Origin: Entomortierella parvispora E1425
Lineage: Eukaryota > Fungi > Mortierellomycota
Assembly: GCA_020891255.1 (NCBI GenBank)
Contig: BQFW01000007.1
Span: forward strand, 2,418,001-2,482,000
Reading direction: 5' to 3'
DNA: 64,000 nt
This document shows, piece after piece, positions 36,908 to 49,559 of the stretch (its first letter is position 1; each line of letters opens with the position of its first letter). The position numbers were made by a program, and so were the translations under genes. The notes under the pieces were generated by a model. It searched no databases. It was not told where the DNA came from and saw nothing but the letters and a program-made list of their open reading frames with translations.

Positions 36908-39561
36908 TTATGGACGATGAGCTGCCTGCTCTGCACGTTCAGCCTTCAATTGGGCCTCTTGAGCCAAACGCTCCGCCTCCAGTTTGGCCATCTTGGCCTT
37001 CTCGAGCTCAGCCTCTCTCTTGGCCAACTCATGCAACCGCTTCTTGGCCTCATCAGCCTCCTTCTTTGCCTGGGCGGCCGCGACCTTTGCTTGCTGGTCT
37101 TGTTGCTTCTTCAGCTTGTCTGCCGCAGCCTTCTCTACAGCAGCCTTCTTTGCTTGGGCAGCCTTCTCTTCAGCAATGATCTTGTCCTGGGCAGCCTTGA
37201 CTGCTGCCTCATGCTTCTTGTTCTCTGCTTCCAATCGAGCTGTGTGGGCCTTGGCCTCGGCCTCCAATTTGGCCTCCAAAGCGGCTTTCTTCGCGGCTGC
37301 CTCCTTTTCGATCGCGGCCTGCTCGAGATTGCGCTTCTTCTTGGAGGCCACCTCCAACTTTGCAGCCTTAACCTCAGCAGCTTTTTGTTCAGCCTCGCGA
37401 CGCGCAGCCTCTCTTTTCTCCAAAGCAACGCGCTCCTTCTCACGCTTGATGGCATCCGCTTCCTCCTTGGCGCGAGCTGCTTTCTCGGCGGCCAAACGTT
37501 TGGCCTCTTCCTTGGCGTGGCGCTTCTGTTCTTCGACCAAGCGGGCTTGCTCAGCCTTCTCGGCCGCCTTGCGGTCAGCCTCTTCCTTGTCCTGGCGCTT
37601 CTTGAGGGCAGCGGCGGCCTTGGCTTGTTCAACCTTCTCGGCTGCGAGTCTCTTTTGTTCCGCCTTCTCCTGTTCCTTCTTCTCTGCAGCCTGCTTTGCC
37701 AACAGGGCTTTCTCGGCCGCCTTGCGATCGGCCTCCTCCTTCTCCTGCTGCTTCTTTTCAACTGCGAGACGCACCTGCTCTGCCTTCTCGGCGGCCTTCT
37801 GGGCAGCCAGCTCTTCATCCTGACGCTTCTTCAATGAAGCCGCCGCCTTGGCCTCGGCTGCTTTCTCATAAGCGATTCTGGCGGCCTGATCAATCTCGGC
37901 CTGCTTCTTGAGGTGTTCCTTCTCGACTTGCTCGGCCCTCTTGTGGAGCTCCTCCTTGTCATGTTGCTCTTTCTCATAGACCTCTACCTTCAGCTTCTCG
38001 GCCTTGTTGGCAGCGTCCTTGGCCTCGTCTTCGAGTGCGCGCTTCTTGTGCTCAGATTCCTTCTGAGCCGACTGGATCTTGACCTGATCCGCCTTGTTGG
38101 ACTCCTTGAGCTTCTGATCCACGTACTTTTGGGCATCTTGGGCCTTTTGGTCAGCGAGCTTCTTGGCAGCATCGACCGCCTTTAGAGCATCCTTTTGTTT
38201 CTGCTCTGCCAACTTTTGGGCCTCCTGGGTCTTCTGATCCAACAGCTTGGAGGCATCCTTCAGGTGCTGTTCTTGGGCGTCGTGATAAGAGTCGACCTTG
38301 TCCTGGACAAACTTTTGAGCATTGTTGAGGGCCTGCTGAGACTGTTTCTTGGCATCGCTCAGGGCCTGTTGGGATTGCTTCAGGGTCTCCTCGGTGGCGT
38401 GGTGGACAGAGTCCAAGAGATCATCGGTGGAAGCGTGCAGCTGATCCAATTGACGCTTGGCCTTCTTGGTCAAGTCCTCCTGTGACTCATGGAGGGCATG
38501 AGAGGCCGAGCTGGCCGCTTGGATGACAGCTTCCTTGGCACCGTGGATCGAATCTGCGGCCTCTTCGGCCAAGCTTCGCTTCTCCTTGGCTCCCCACCAC
38601 CATCGTTTTTGTTTTTGGGGGTGAAGGGTGTGATCGACCTTGTCTTGGACGGTATGGGCAGCTTGGGCGAAATCCTTCTTGAGCTGATCGACTTGGGCTC
38701 CAGCGACCTTGGACGCCTCATGAAGGACCGAGGCAGCAGCTCCGGCAGGGCCTGCCTCCGCCTTCTTTTTTTCCTTGTCATGATCAAACTCCCAGATCTC
38801 GACCTTTTCCTGGACAGCTCTCTTCAACTTGTCCAAGACGGGCAAAATCCTGAATGTGGCCTCTTCATCCTGTTCCTTCTTGTTATCAGGAGAGTGTCCC
38901 ACAGGACGGTCATTCTCCTCATCCTCGACCACGGCCTCATCGCCGCGACGGGCGTAAAAGTACCCGCCCGCCTTTTCAGCATTGGCCTCATCTTTCAGAT
39001 GAGCTTGGTGGATGGATTCTTTGACGTCATTGACCTTTTGTTGGATCTGATCCACGATGCCGAATTTGAAATAGGGCTCATCTCCATGACCGGATCCGGC
39101 CGTGTGGACCATGGTCGCCAAAGTCCTCTTGGCGTTTCCGGCAGTAGCGGTGGCATGATCAGAATCGGTCTGGAAGGCGTAGGTGCCATGACCGATCGAA
39201 GTGGTGTGGTGTTGGTGTTGGTGGTGATGTTGGTCGTGAGGGTGGTGATGGGCTTCATTGTTGCCACAGGACTTTGAACCCTCCAGATGTGCCGGGCAAG
39301 CCTCAGAGAGGGGAAGATCATGTCCGTCTGCCAGGACAACCTCTTGAGGTTGATTGGAATGGCCGAACCATTTGGCGTCGACCGAACAAGAAGAGGTGGC
39401 CATGACCAAGGCCACAGCAGCGGCTAATAGCGTAGGAAAGAAGAAGGGTTTAGCCACATCCTGAGCACAAATGGATAGATTCATAATCAGATGGTGAAAA
39501 GAGGGCCAAAGTAGGACTTGTAACATCAAGGCGTACCGATGGATGTAACGTGGATCTTCAT
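36908..39561 (-). CDS. Secreted protein with a His-rich segment, dibasic sites, LEA-like helices and a long Lys/Ala/Glu charged helix, 2 exons
   Basis: ATG 39561 plus one intron gives the signal peptide MKIHVTSIAAAVALVMATSSCSVDA-KWF. The remainder is one long ORF to 36908. Confidence 0.8.
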
Positions 39562-40716
39562 TGTAAAAGCTGAAAGCGAGATATATATACAAGAGTCGTT
39601 TGTTTCGAGATGAGATTGTTTGTTCGAGCTATGGACAGTGGTTGAGTAAAGTCCAGGCGGAGTAAGGGGAAAGATAAGATGGGGTTTATACAAGTCAAGG
39701 ATGTGTGTGCAAGGTGAACAAAAAAAGTATGAAGATTTTCTTGGGCGTGGAAGTAAAGAAATAACAATCAAATAAAGATGCGAAAGAGAGAAAAAAAAGA
39801 TGGGTAGGGGCAAGAGGGGCTATGAGTCGCCAGGTTTTTTTTAATGCAGAAAGTATAGGCGTTGGATGTTGTTAGGAGGAGGATGATTGCATTATTATGA
39901 GGCAATGAAGGACTGAACTGGCGCCGAATCACAGCCTAAGAAGAGGAAGAGGGGCGAAACCCAGGAGAACGCGTCGTGCGGTGTCTCAACGCGAGGGGCA
40001 GGAAAATGTTTTTTTTTTTTTTATTTGGTTGGTGGCGGTGGAGGTTGGGCGTAGCTTTGTGTGTCTGAAGGTGACAGGTGAGAAGGTGAGAAGGTGAGAA
40101 GGTACGCAAAGCGAGCATCTCTTCTTTTTATCGGCCACGCGTCTGTAGTCGTGTTGATTCGTCTACGGAAGAACATTAGAACAGCACACGATCGATCAGG
40201 TTGCAGCACCGGCATCGGACGAGAAAGGCAAAGGCGGCAAGAGAACACAAGAGATCGGCACGTGAACGCGGCGCGCTGATTGGCCAGCACGGACTGCTCA
40301 CCTCTCTGGTGCCATCCAGCCCTCCAGCGGGCAGCAGTTCTTGGGTGTTCTGTGCCACTTATAAGGTGCCTGCCTCTTTGCACGGGCAGAGAAAGAACCC
40401 ACCCACCCACCTACCTACACCTACCTAAACTGACACCTGTGCTGACTTGACTTGACTCTCTTCTTCTCCACACATTCATCGCATTGCGCACTTGCATTGC
40501 GTCTTTCACTTTCCTTCTCTCTTCTCGCTTCTGTCTTCTCGCTTCATTTGTCTCTTTGTCTCTTTGTCTCTTTGTTCCTCGTCATTCTTCCCTTCAACCT
40601 ACACCGTCGCTACTTCAACACACCTTCATTCCTTTTCCGTGTCTCGCTCGCTCGTCTACCTACATTCTAAAACCTACGCAGCTGGCCTCTCTTTCCTTCG
40701 TCCCTATTCATTCAAC

Positions 40717-43700
40717 ATGATTCGCTCCAGTCCTTCCATCCCCATCCCGCGGACAGTTCCCGTCCTGCCCTTGCACGACAAGGTCCTCCTGCCTGGAGTC
40801 GTCACTCGTCTGCAAATCTCCCGCCGGGAATCTATCCCCCTCTTTGAGAAGATCCTCCGCACCTACGACTCAAAGGAGCTGAGCAAGTGCATCATCGCGG
40901 TCTTTCCTGTCCGTGGTTCTCCCTCCACCTCCCCGTCTGCCTCTTCTCCATCCTCCTCCCCCGCGTTTACCTCAACCTCTTCCTCTTCCGAGGATGACGG
41001 CTCTGCTGTCTCCAAGGCCGTCATCAAGAGACGTCAAGGAGTTACCAACAATCGCTCACAAGGTCCGGGCGACGACGAGGACTCGATCGTGATCGGGAGC
41101 AGCGCCGGACAAGTTGTCCCCATGCGGCCGGGCAGTGGAAACTCGAGTTCGTTTGCCCTGACCCCTGCACATCTCTTTGGCATTGGATGTGCGGCTCGGC
41201 TGGTCAGATTGGAGAGAGCTGTAGGTGGATTCACGGTGGTGCTCGAGGGTAAGTCACTTTTATCCTTTGCCATTTACTTTTCTGACAGATACAACAAAAA
41301 GGTGGTTGGAGCATGCATGACGATGATGAAAGAGAGAGAAAGAGAGAGAGCGACATTCTCAAGGTGGAACTGGAACCCGACATCGTTTAGTGCTCGAGCA
41401 CCTAACACAGCCAGATGGACTGGGCTTAGTTCCTTGGCCCGCACTCTCGATGTTGCGCGCCCTTGTTTTCCTGTCTGGATCAGAGATACACAATAGAAGG
41501 AATGAAGCATCGACCCTGCATCTTGTCGATCGCCTACACGGTCGGATTTACACTGGTGCCCGATTACGCACACTCACATAGAACAGGCAGATATATTCCT
41601 CTGTCCTACCGTCGGCCTGATGAGCCGAAGCATCCGTCGGGCACAGGGGGCAATCGCGTGACCGTACCGGTAAAGTTTCCGTATCTTAACCTTACTAACA
41701 AACCTCTCATCCTGGGGACTTGTAGGCATCGTGCGACTGCGTCTGAACAAGATCATTGCGCACACTCCATTCTTCGAGGCCGATGTCTCGCCCATGCCAG
41801 ACAAGGCCGTTGACAAGAATGATCAAGACCTGCAGGATCATATTGTCGCCCTGCGCTCCACCTCAAAAGAGTTTGTCTCTTTGCTCCAGACCCTCAAGTT
41901 GCCCGCCCCAGTTCTAACCCAGCTCCAAAAGTTTCTCGAGAATGTGGGGCTGATCCCCGGTCAGGTCGTGGATCTGCTCATTAGCACCATCGAGAGTACT
42001 CTGGAAGAAAAGATCATGATCCTGGACGCTGTCGACTTGAAGGAGCGTATCCCCAAGGCCGTTGAACTTCTTACGCGTCAAATCCACGTACGTCCTGAAC
42101 ATACTGCTTGCCCCTTTTCAAGCATGTCGAAAATCAAAAGCCGCATGCTAACAAGTCTTGCTGCAAAAATAGGTCTTGAAAATCTCACAAAAGGTCCATG
42201 ATAATGTCGAAGGCAAACTGAACAAGAAACAACGCGAATTCTACCTTCGTCAGCAGATGGCGGCGATCAAGGAAGAGTTGGGCGAGAAGGATGCTGGCGA
42301 GGAAGATGAGATGACGACAATCGAAAATAGACTCAACGCTGCCAACTTGCCGGCCGAAGTCCAGAAGGCGGCCGACCGGGAGATGAAACGGCTGAGAAAG
42401 ATGCAACCAGCATCCTCAGAATACTCTGTGATCCGAAACTATTTGGACTGGCTGGGTGATTTGCCCTGGACCAAATCCAGCGAAGATATCTTGGATGTGG
42501 AGAAGGCTCGCAAACAGTTGAACGATGATCATCATGGACTGGAGAAAGTCAAGCGCAGAATCCTGGAGTACCTTGCCGTCACGAAGCTGCAACAGATGAA
42601 GGGAGATGTCAAGGGACCTATCTTGTGTCTTGTCGGACCTCCAGGAGTAAGTCGCAGTGATTCTCAATTTTTTAAAAAAGAGTTGTTTGTTGTCGATACT
42701 AACCTGACCTCACAATACTGCCTTTTAGGTTGGAAAGACTTCTTTGGGACGGTCAATTGCAACTGCCATGGGCAGAAAGTTTCATCGAATCTCCCTAGGA
42801 GGCGTCTGGGACGAGTCAGAGATCCGAGGTCATCGTCGTACCTATGTGGGTGCACTCCCTGGCCTGATCATTCATGGCCTTAAAAAGTGCGAGGTTAACA
42901 ACCCGGTCTTCTTGCTTGGTAAATCTGCATCCTGTCCAGAGGCATTGTGTGTTACATTTTATACTACCGTTGACTTACACAATTGACTTGAATCATATAG
43001 ACGAGATTGACAAGGTTGGCTCAAGAGGTCACCACGGCGACCCCTCCGCCGCGTTCCTTGAAGTCTTGGACCCAGAGCAAAACAATACCTTTGTAAGCCA
43101 TTTATGAGGGATATAGGGCAGTGAAGGGTAATTTTGAAAAAGACGCCATGGTTGTTAACTCATTTTTCCCCCCATTCTGTTACAAGACCGATCACTACCT
43201 CAACGTACCGTTCGACCTCTCCAAGATTCTTTTCATTGCAACCGCAAACTCTGTAGATACTATCCCTGCGCCATTGCTGGACCGTATGGAGCTCATCACG
43301 ATCCCTGGATACACCTATGCCGAGAAATTGGCCATCGCTACCAACCACTTGTTGCCCAAGCAGATCCGCCAACATGGGCTGAGCGAGGATGATGTCAAGG
43401 TGACACAGCCAGCGTTGCTCAAGGTCGCTACAGGATATACCCGAGAGAGCGGTGTTCGTCATTTGGAGCGGGAGATTGGATCTCTGGTGAGAGCCAAGGC
43501 TGTGGAGTTTGCCGAAGCCCAGGAGCGGAAACTGTCCAATGTGCCAGTGATGGAGCACGCCGGCAAAGAACACAAAGAATACCAGCCCCTTGTGACTCTG
43601 GAGGACGTGGAGGAGATTCTGGGCCAAGAAAAGTATGTGAACGAAGTGACAGAGCGGACACCTACACCCGGAGTTGTGACAGGAATGGCGTACAATGGCG

Positions 43701-44384
43701 TTGGAGGCGGGATCTTGTTTATTGAGGTCTCTCAGATGCCTGGCAAGGGTCTTTTGCAATTGACAGGCAGTCTTGGAGATGTAATCAAGGAAAGTGCACA
43801 GATTGCACTGAGCTGGGTCAAATCGCATGGATACGAGATTGGATTGACCAACAGTCGCGGACAAAATATCATGGAGAAGGCAGATGTACACATTCACATG
43901 CCCAGCGGAGGCACACCCAAGGTAAAAACCGAGTGACTTGATGAGATATTGTATAGTGCACATATGGATTCTAGGGACGCGATCTAACCGCCGGTCCATT
44001 TTTTTTTAATCATTTCTATAATAGGATGGTCCATCGGCTGGTATTGCGATGGTGTGCGCATTGGTGTCAATGTTTTCCAACCAGACTGTTCCAGCTACGA
44101 CAGCAATGACGGGCGAGTTTACACTGCGCGGCTTAGTGATGCCCGTAGGTGGCATCAAGGAGAAGGTGATTGCGGCGCACAGAGCTGGTGTCCGCAAGAT
44201 CATCATGCCGTTGCGTAACCAAAAGGACGTGACCGCGGATGTACCTGCGAACGTACGGGAAGAGATTGAGTTCTTTTACGCGTCGACGGTCTGGGAGGTT
44301 CTCCGAGAGGCGTTTGAAGGCCGTGTGGTTGTGCGAACAGGCCTTGCAGGCGCGGCAGCTGGAGCGTTAGACAGCCGCATGTAA
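40717..44384 (+). CDS. LONP2: Peroxisomal Lon protease, multi-exon
   Basis: [12 protein letters not shown], Walker A LVGPPG|[20 protein letters not shown], catalytic PK|DGPSAG and [14 protein letters not shown]. The C-terminal SRM* is PTS1-like and there is no mitochondrial presequence. Confidence 0.93.
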
Positions 44385-44978
44385 AAAAGAGAAAGGTTTT
44401 TTTTTGATATCCAGAAAGAATAAAAAGAACCAAGAATATCCCGTTATTCAGTTTAAGGCGATGATGTGGGTGGAGGAAGGGAGGAAGAGCAGTGGAAAGG
44501 AAGGATCTTGTCGCGTCTATCAAGAAAAAAAAAAATGAAAAAAAGAAATGAAAAAATCTCTCGAGTGAAGGGTGGCTTTGCAGGAGAGGAAGGGGCATCC
44601 ATCTCTCCTTCCAGTTCGACCTGGCGCGCGCACTGCACTGGGGTCTGTTGGTCGGTCCAGTTCGGTCGGGCCCCTTGTGGCTGTCGGGGTGCGGTGCATT
44701 GCATTGGATGAGAGCAGACGCGTTCTTTTTTCCTCTTTGCCTTCTCCCCTGCCTGTCCCTGCTTGTCTGTCCAACAACAACAACAACAAACAAATCCTTC
44801 GCTTTGTTCATTCCACCTGCACACACTGGATCCATCCTTGCCTTCTCTCCCTCGCTTTCTTCTCTTTTCTTCTCGCGTCATCCCTCCTTGTTCAAATCTC
44901 ATTCCCCTCTCGCTGCTTCCCTTCATTCCCTCGTGCGCCAAAGCAACATTGAAATCATTCAGAAGACAAGTCTAGCCA

Positions 44979-47900
44979 ATGGACCATGGAAAGTGGACCG
45001 CATCGCCCGACCAGTCGTCCCTGCTGATGGTCCAATCTGCAGGGGCCACCGCGCACCAGGGCGGCTTTGGTCTCGAGTATGAGGACGAGGACGGAGAAGA
45101 GTCTCGCCTGGACTTTAACTTTGAAGCCATTGACGCCGATATCGACCTGGACGACTCTATGCAGAGCAGTCTCCCCAACAGCACCAACCCACGGATGCTG
45201 GCCTCTTTGAACGGTGGTCATGCCAGCTCTCTTGGCGGCGCCATGACCGACTCTGGCGAGTTGGTCGGGGGAGGAACAGGAACAGCGCCAGGCATGGGTG
45301 TTCCCAGGAGTCAAAAAACGATCGATCGTTGGAGTGCAGGGTCCGGAAAGCCTGCGACCATGACTTTGAAGGAGCAGGAAAAGGTAACACCCTACTTTAC
45401 GCTTTGTTTTCTTTGCTTTCATTGTTTTCACTTGTGCCCAAAAAAAAAAAAAAAAAAAAAAAAAAAACTGACCTTGTCGTTGGCAATGCCTTCATTTTTT
45501 TTTTTTTTTTTTTTTTTCAGGTGATTGATGAACTCAAGAAAGAGAGCTTCAGTTTGAAACTCAAGATTTATTTCCTAGAGGAGCGTCTGGCAAAGATCTC
45601 ACCCGAGCATGTAGACCAGGCCCTGCAGGAGGCATGTCTTTTAATATCACCTGTTCATTTGACGGGTATTTTTCCGTATTATTATTAGGAAATCATTTTT
45701 TCCTGATCAAAGACTTTTTTTCCTCCCTTGCTCACAGAATATTGACATGAAGGTCAAGCTGCAGACGATGAATTCGGAACTCAAGCAGTACAAGCGACTC
45801 CTCTTGGAAGCCCAGGCCGTCATAGATTCTCTTCAACAGCAACTCTCCCAGAAATCAAACTGTGACCTCCAACATGGGATGACGGCCGAACAGGAGCAGG
45901 ATTACAAAAAGGCAATGGCCGAGAGGCTGGAACTCCGGTCTTTACTGGAGAAACTGGATGATCAGGTCCAGGCCCTGCAAGGGAAATTGGCCGACAAGGA
46001 GCAGGAGCTGGATCAGATGCAGTCCAACCATGCGATGGCGAACGAGTATGAGGCACAGTTGGATGAGCTCCGGAACCAGTTGCTGGAATATCAAAAGAAC
46101 GAGACACGGCTGCTGGAACAATCCAAGATGGACGAGCAATGGGAGATTCGGTGTCGAGAACTGGAAAGGGAGCTAGGTGCATCCTTGGATATTCGATCCG
46201 AGTTGGAGCAGGTAAGTACTCTTATGTATGAGAACCGGCTTTTCCAATGAGTTGCAAAAAAAGGCTAATATTGAAAGGTAATTGTTTCTTCTGGATGCTG
46301 TTGTAGGAACTTTTACTGGTCAGATCTGAAAAGGAAGAGAACGAGGATGAACTTGGTCGCCAACTCGAACAGCTGCGGGATGAACTCTCCAAAGCCAAAA
46401 TTGACAATGCAGATATTGCTCATGATCTCGAAGAGTCTCGCGAACAATTACGCCATATCCAGGAAGTTCATGCCAACGATATGAACGCACTCTCGGAACG
46501 TTGGACTTTGGACCGACAAGAGTTTGCAGCCCAGACAGCAGAGATTGCAGCTGAAAATGAAGAACTGAGAAAGTCAAATGAGCAACTAGAGGCCCAGGCA
46601 GAAGACTTGATGGCATGGCGAAACGAGGATGCAGAGAGACATGACCAGGAACTCGAGGATTTGGTGGGCGAGTTGCAAGATAAAGTGAATGAGTTGGAAG
46701 CTCTCTCGCAAGAGACGAGAGAGCTCCGACAGTCCGTTCAACCCAAGGATGACAAGATTGCAGAGCTGCAAGAGTTGGTGGAGCAGTTGCAGTATGCCCA
46801 ACGAGAATCAGACGCCATTCACGACGAAGTCATAGCCAGGATGAAATCGGTAATGGAAAGGTCCTCCTGAATGACAAGGAGACAAAAGGGACAAAGATGA
46901 GATACAAGGAATCAAAGTACTAACATCTCTGCTTTGACTGTATTTATAGAAAATGCACTCTGGACAGGGATCTCTCGAGGCGAACGGTGTTTCTTTGCAA
47001 GACTTCCAACTAATGAGCGAGGAGCTGGTTCTAATCGAGGAACAAAACCGGAAGTTGCAGACACAGCTTCGTGCCGAAATTGATCACAGGATCGCCTTTG
47101 AGAATGGCGCAAATAATGACCGGGAAATGTACGGAGTCAACAATAATAGGCAGTGGCAGGAAGAACGACATCGTCTACAGAGCGAATATACCGCACAGAT
47201 TAATGAGTTGCAAGAGGTAAAAAAAACAATGGGATTGAAATTGGTGGGGATCCCGAGTGACCGAAAAAGACACTGCTGGATTTGTTTAATTGACGAAAAT
47301 CGGTACTATCTTGTTTTTTTTCTTTCTTAGAAATACGCAGAGGCATCGGACCAAATTATAGCGTTGATGAATGATCTGTCAGATCGCGACGCTCAGTTGC
47401 GAGACTATGAGGAACAACTGGACTTTGCCTCCAAGCACTCCAAGGAAATTGAGGAACGATATGACGATATGGAGCTCAAGCTGAGCTCAGACTTGAAGGC
47501 AACCACAGACGAATTGATGGAGATCCGACAAGAATTTGAGCAGATCAAGGCATCCAGGGTCGAAAAGGGGGATTTGCTTCACTCTCGGACAAATGAAGTG
47601 GATCGATTGGTATGTTGTGAGAATCGAAAGAAAGCATTCTGGAAAAGCAAAATGCCTGATGCCGGATTCCATCTTTTATTAACCAACGTTACCTTCACAT
47701 GTTTTTTTTTGTTTTTGTTTAGAATATCAAGACCAGGAAACTGAATTCGACCATGGTTACACTAGAGACTGAAAAAGAGCAATTGGAGACCGCCCTCAAG
47801 GATCGCGCTATGACCATTGCCATGTTGAGATCACGTTTGTCTGAGCTTGAGTTCCAAGTGACCCAAAAGCAGCGGGATGAAGATTCATCAGACGAAACGT

Positions 47901-49290
47901 CCAAAAGCGATCTGGTTGAACGCAATTCATTATTGCTGACCGTTCTACAGCATCTGGAGAGCATTCTTGGAGGCGACAGTCGATTGGATGGCAATATGTT
48001 GCCAAAACCCTCTGCCAATTTCATCTACTTTTCAAATCACTTGATCTCGAGACTAAAGTCCTTGAGCAAGCTGTTTGTTCTGTTTGAAAAGAAGGGCAAA
48101 GAACTGGAGGACAAGTCTACAGGACAGCTGATGTAGGTTTGAAAGCATCCAGGGACAGCTTTATATTTCGAATGACCCCGGTACTTATATTTGGTTTCGA
48201 CGTTCCTCCCTCTAGTCAACTGAAGAAGCAATTGGATTTGAAGCTGAAGCAACTGGATCGGTTTGAAACCATTGTCCGCAGTGCTGCCGATCGACAAAAG
48301 AAATGGCGCGAGCAGCTCGTCAAGAAGCAAGCCGAGAACGAAGATCTTCAGGTAAGCGGGAAGGAGTGGGACAAATCCCCCCCTGTTTTCTATATTTTTT
48401 TCCTCTTCCCCTTTCCCTTTTCTACCCCCCACGAAGATGCTGGGAACGGACGAAAAGTACTCCTGAAAATGGAGGCGAGTAGTTTGGACCTGGCGCAGTG
48501 ACCCATATTCCCGTTAGAAATGGATGGATTACAGGATAACCTTCGAAGATCAATACCAGTGTTTTTCTCTCCCGCTGCCTTTTTTCAAAGATCCACGCCT
48601 TCTGTTGCGTAGAGATTGATGAGACATGCAAAGGGGGGGAAGGATGTTTTCAAGATCATTTGAAAAGAGTTGTTGCTCAGATTTTTTGAGCAAACCTCGA
48701 GCCATTTGACCTACATTTTTTTTTTCCTTCTCTTGGTTTTTCATATTTGTCTTGTTTTTGTGGTGCTAACAATGGGTGCTCTTGTACTCTCTGGATGATC
48801 AACCAACCCTACAATGTGAAAAAAACATAGGCCAAGCATGCCCAGTTTGCAAGGACCATCGCGGATCTGAAGGCACGTCAGGGATCAAGCGAACGGTCGC
48901 AGGATTATGAGGTGCGCTGCAAACACGCCGAGCGAAAACTGCAGCTTGAGAAATCGCGCTCTGTCGATGCAGAAGAACGATGGAACGCTCGTTTGCGCGA
49001 GTTGGAAAAACGGACCAAAGATGCTGAAGAGCGTGTCCAACGCGAACGACAGGGAGCAAAAGAAAAAGTTGCTGGACTCTTGGATGAGAACAAGTAGGAT
49101 GATTTTCTTTTGATTTTGCTTTGTTCTCTCTATTCCTTTTTCCTTTTTTCTTTTTTTTTCTTTGGATACTGACTTTAAGTGTTCTTCTTTTCGCTCTTGG
49201 CTGTATAGAATCGCTCAAAGGAATCTGGAAACGTTACAGAGAAAGAACGAGCAACTCCAAGATCTGGTGGACAACTATCGACGGCACTGA
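44979..49290 (+). CDS. Centrosomin motif-1 (CM1) coiled-coil protein, Mto1/ApsB-like gamma-tubulin complex recruiter, multi-exon
   Basis: CM1 motif MTLKEQEK|VIDELKKESFSLKLKIYFLEERL, a long coiled coil, and a C-terminal WNARLRELEKRTKDAEERVQRERQGAKE segment resembling the Mto1 C-terminal domain. Confidence 0.85.
45440..45517 (+). repeat. A28 and T23 homopolymers flanking the branch site of one intron
   Basis: A 45440-45467, ctgac 45468-45472, T 45495-45517, cag 45518-45520. Confidence 0.9.
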
Positions 49291-49559
49291 AGGAAAACAA
49301 GAAAGTCAACACTCTGTACCATTAATATATCTCGTGTGATCTTTTTTTTTAATGTTTTTATTCGAATCCCCTTTCGCTTTCGGTTGTATTATTGGTATGG
49401 TACAATGTGAGTTCTACGCGCATTGAAAAAAAAATCTAGTTTACGACATTTGGAAAGCGAGAGCAAATGCGAAAGAATGAGAGAAAGTGAGCAGTGCAAG
49501 AAAGGGAAGGAGAAGCAAAGCTACAAAATGAAGAAAAGAGGTAGTAAATGTACATTGGC

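Noticed and set aside
36599-39277. Several long plus-strand ORFs (412, 279, 262 aa)
   Set aside because: They are antisense shadows of the repetitive K/A/E-coding gene.
41612-41628. CTGATGAG hammerhead-like or box C motif in a Lon intron
   Set aside because: The motif is closed in a 5-bp hairpin (tcggc/gccga) with no stem II followed by GAAA, so the ribozyme core cannot form. No suitably spaced box D.
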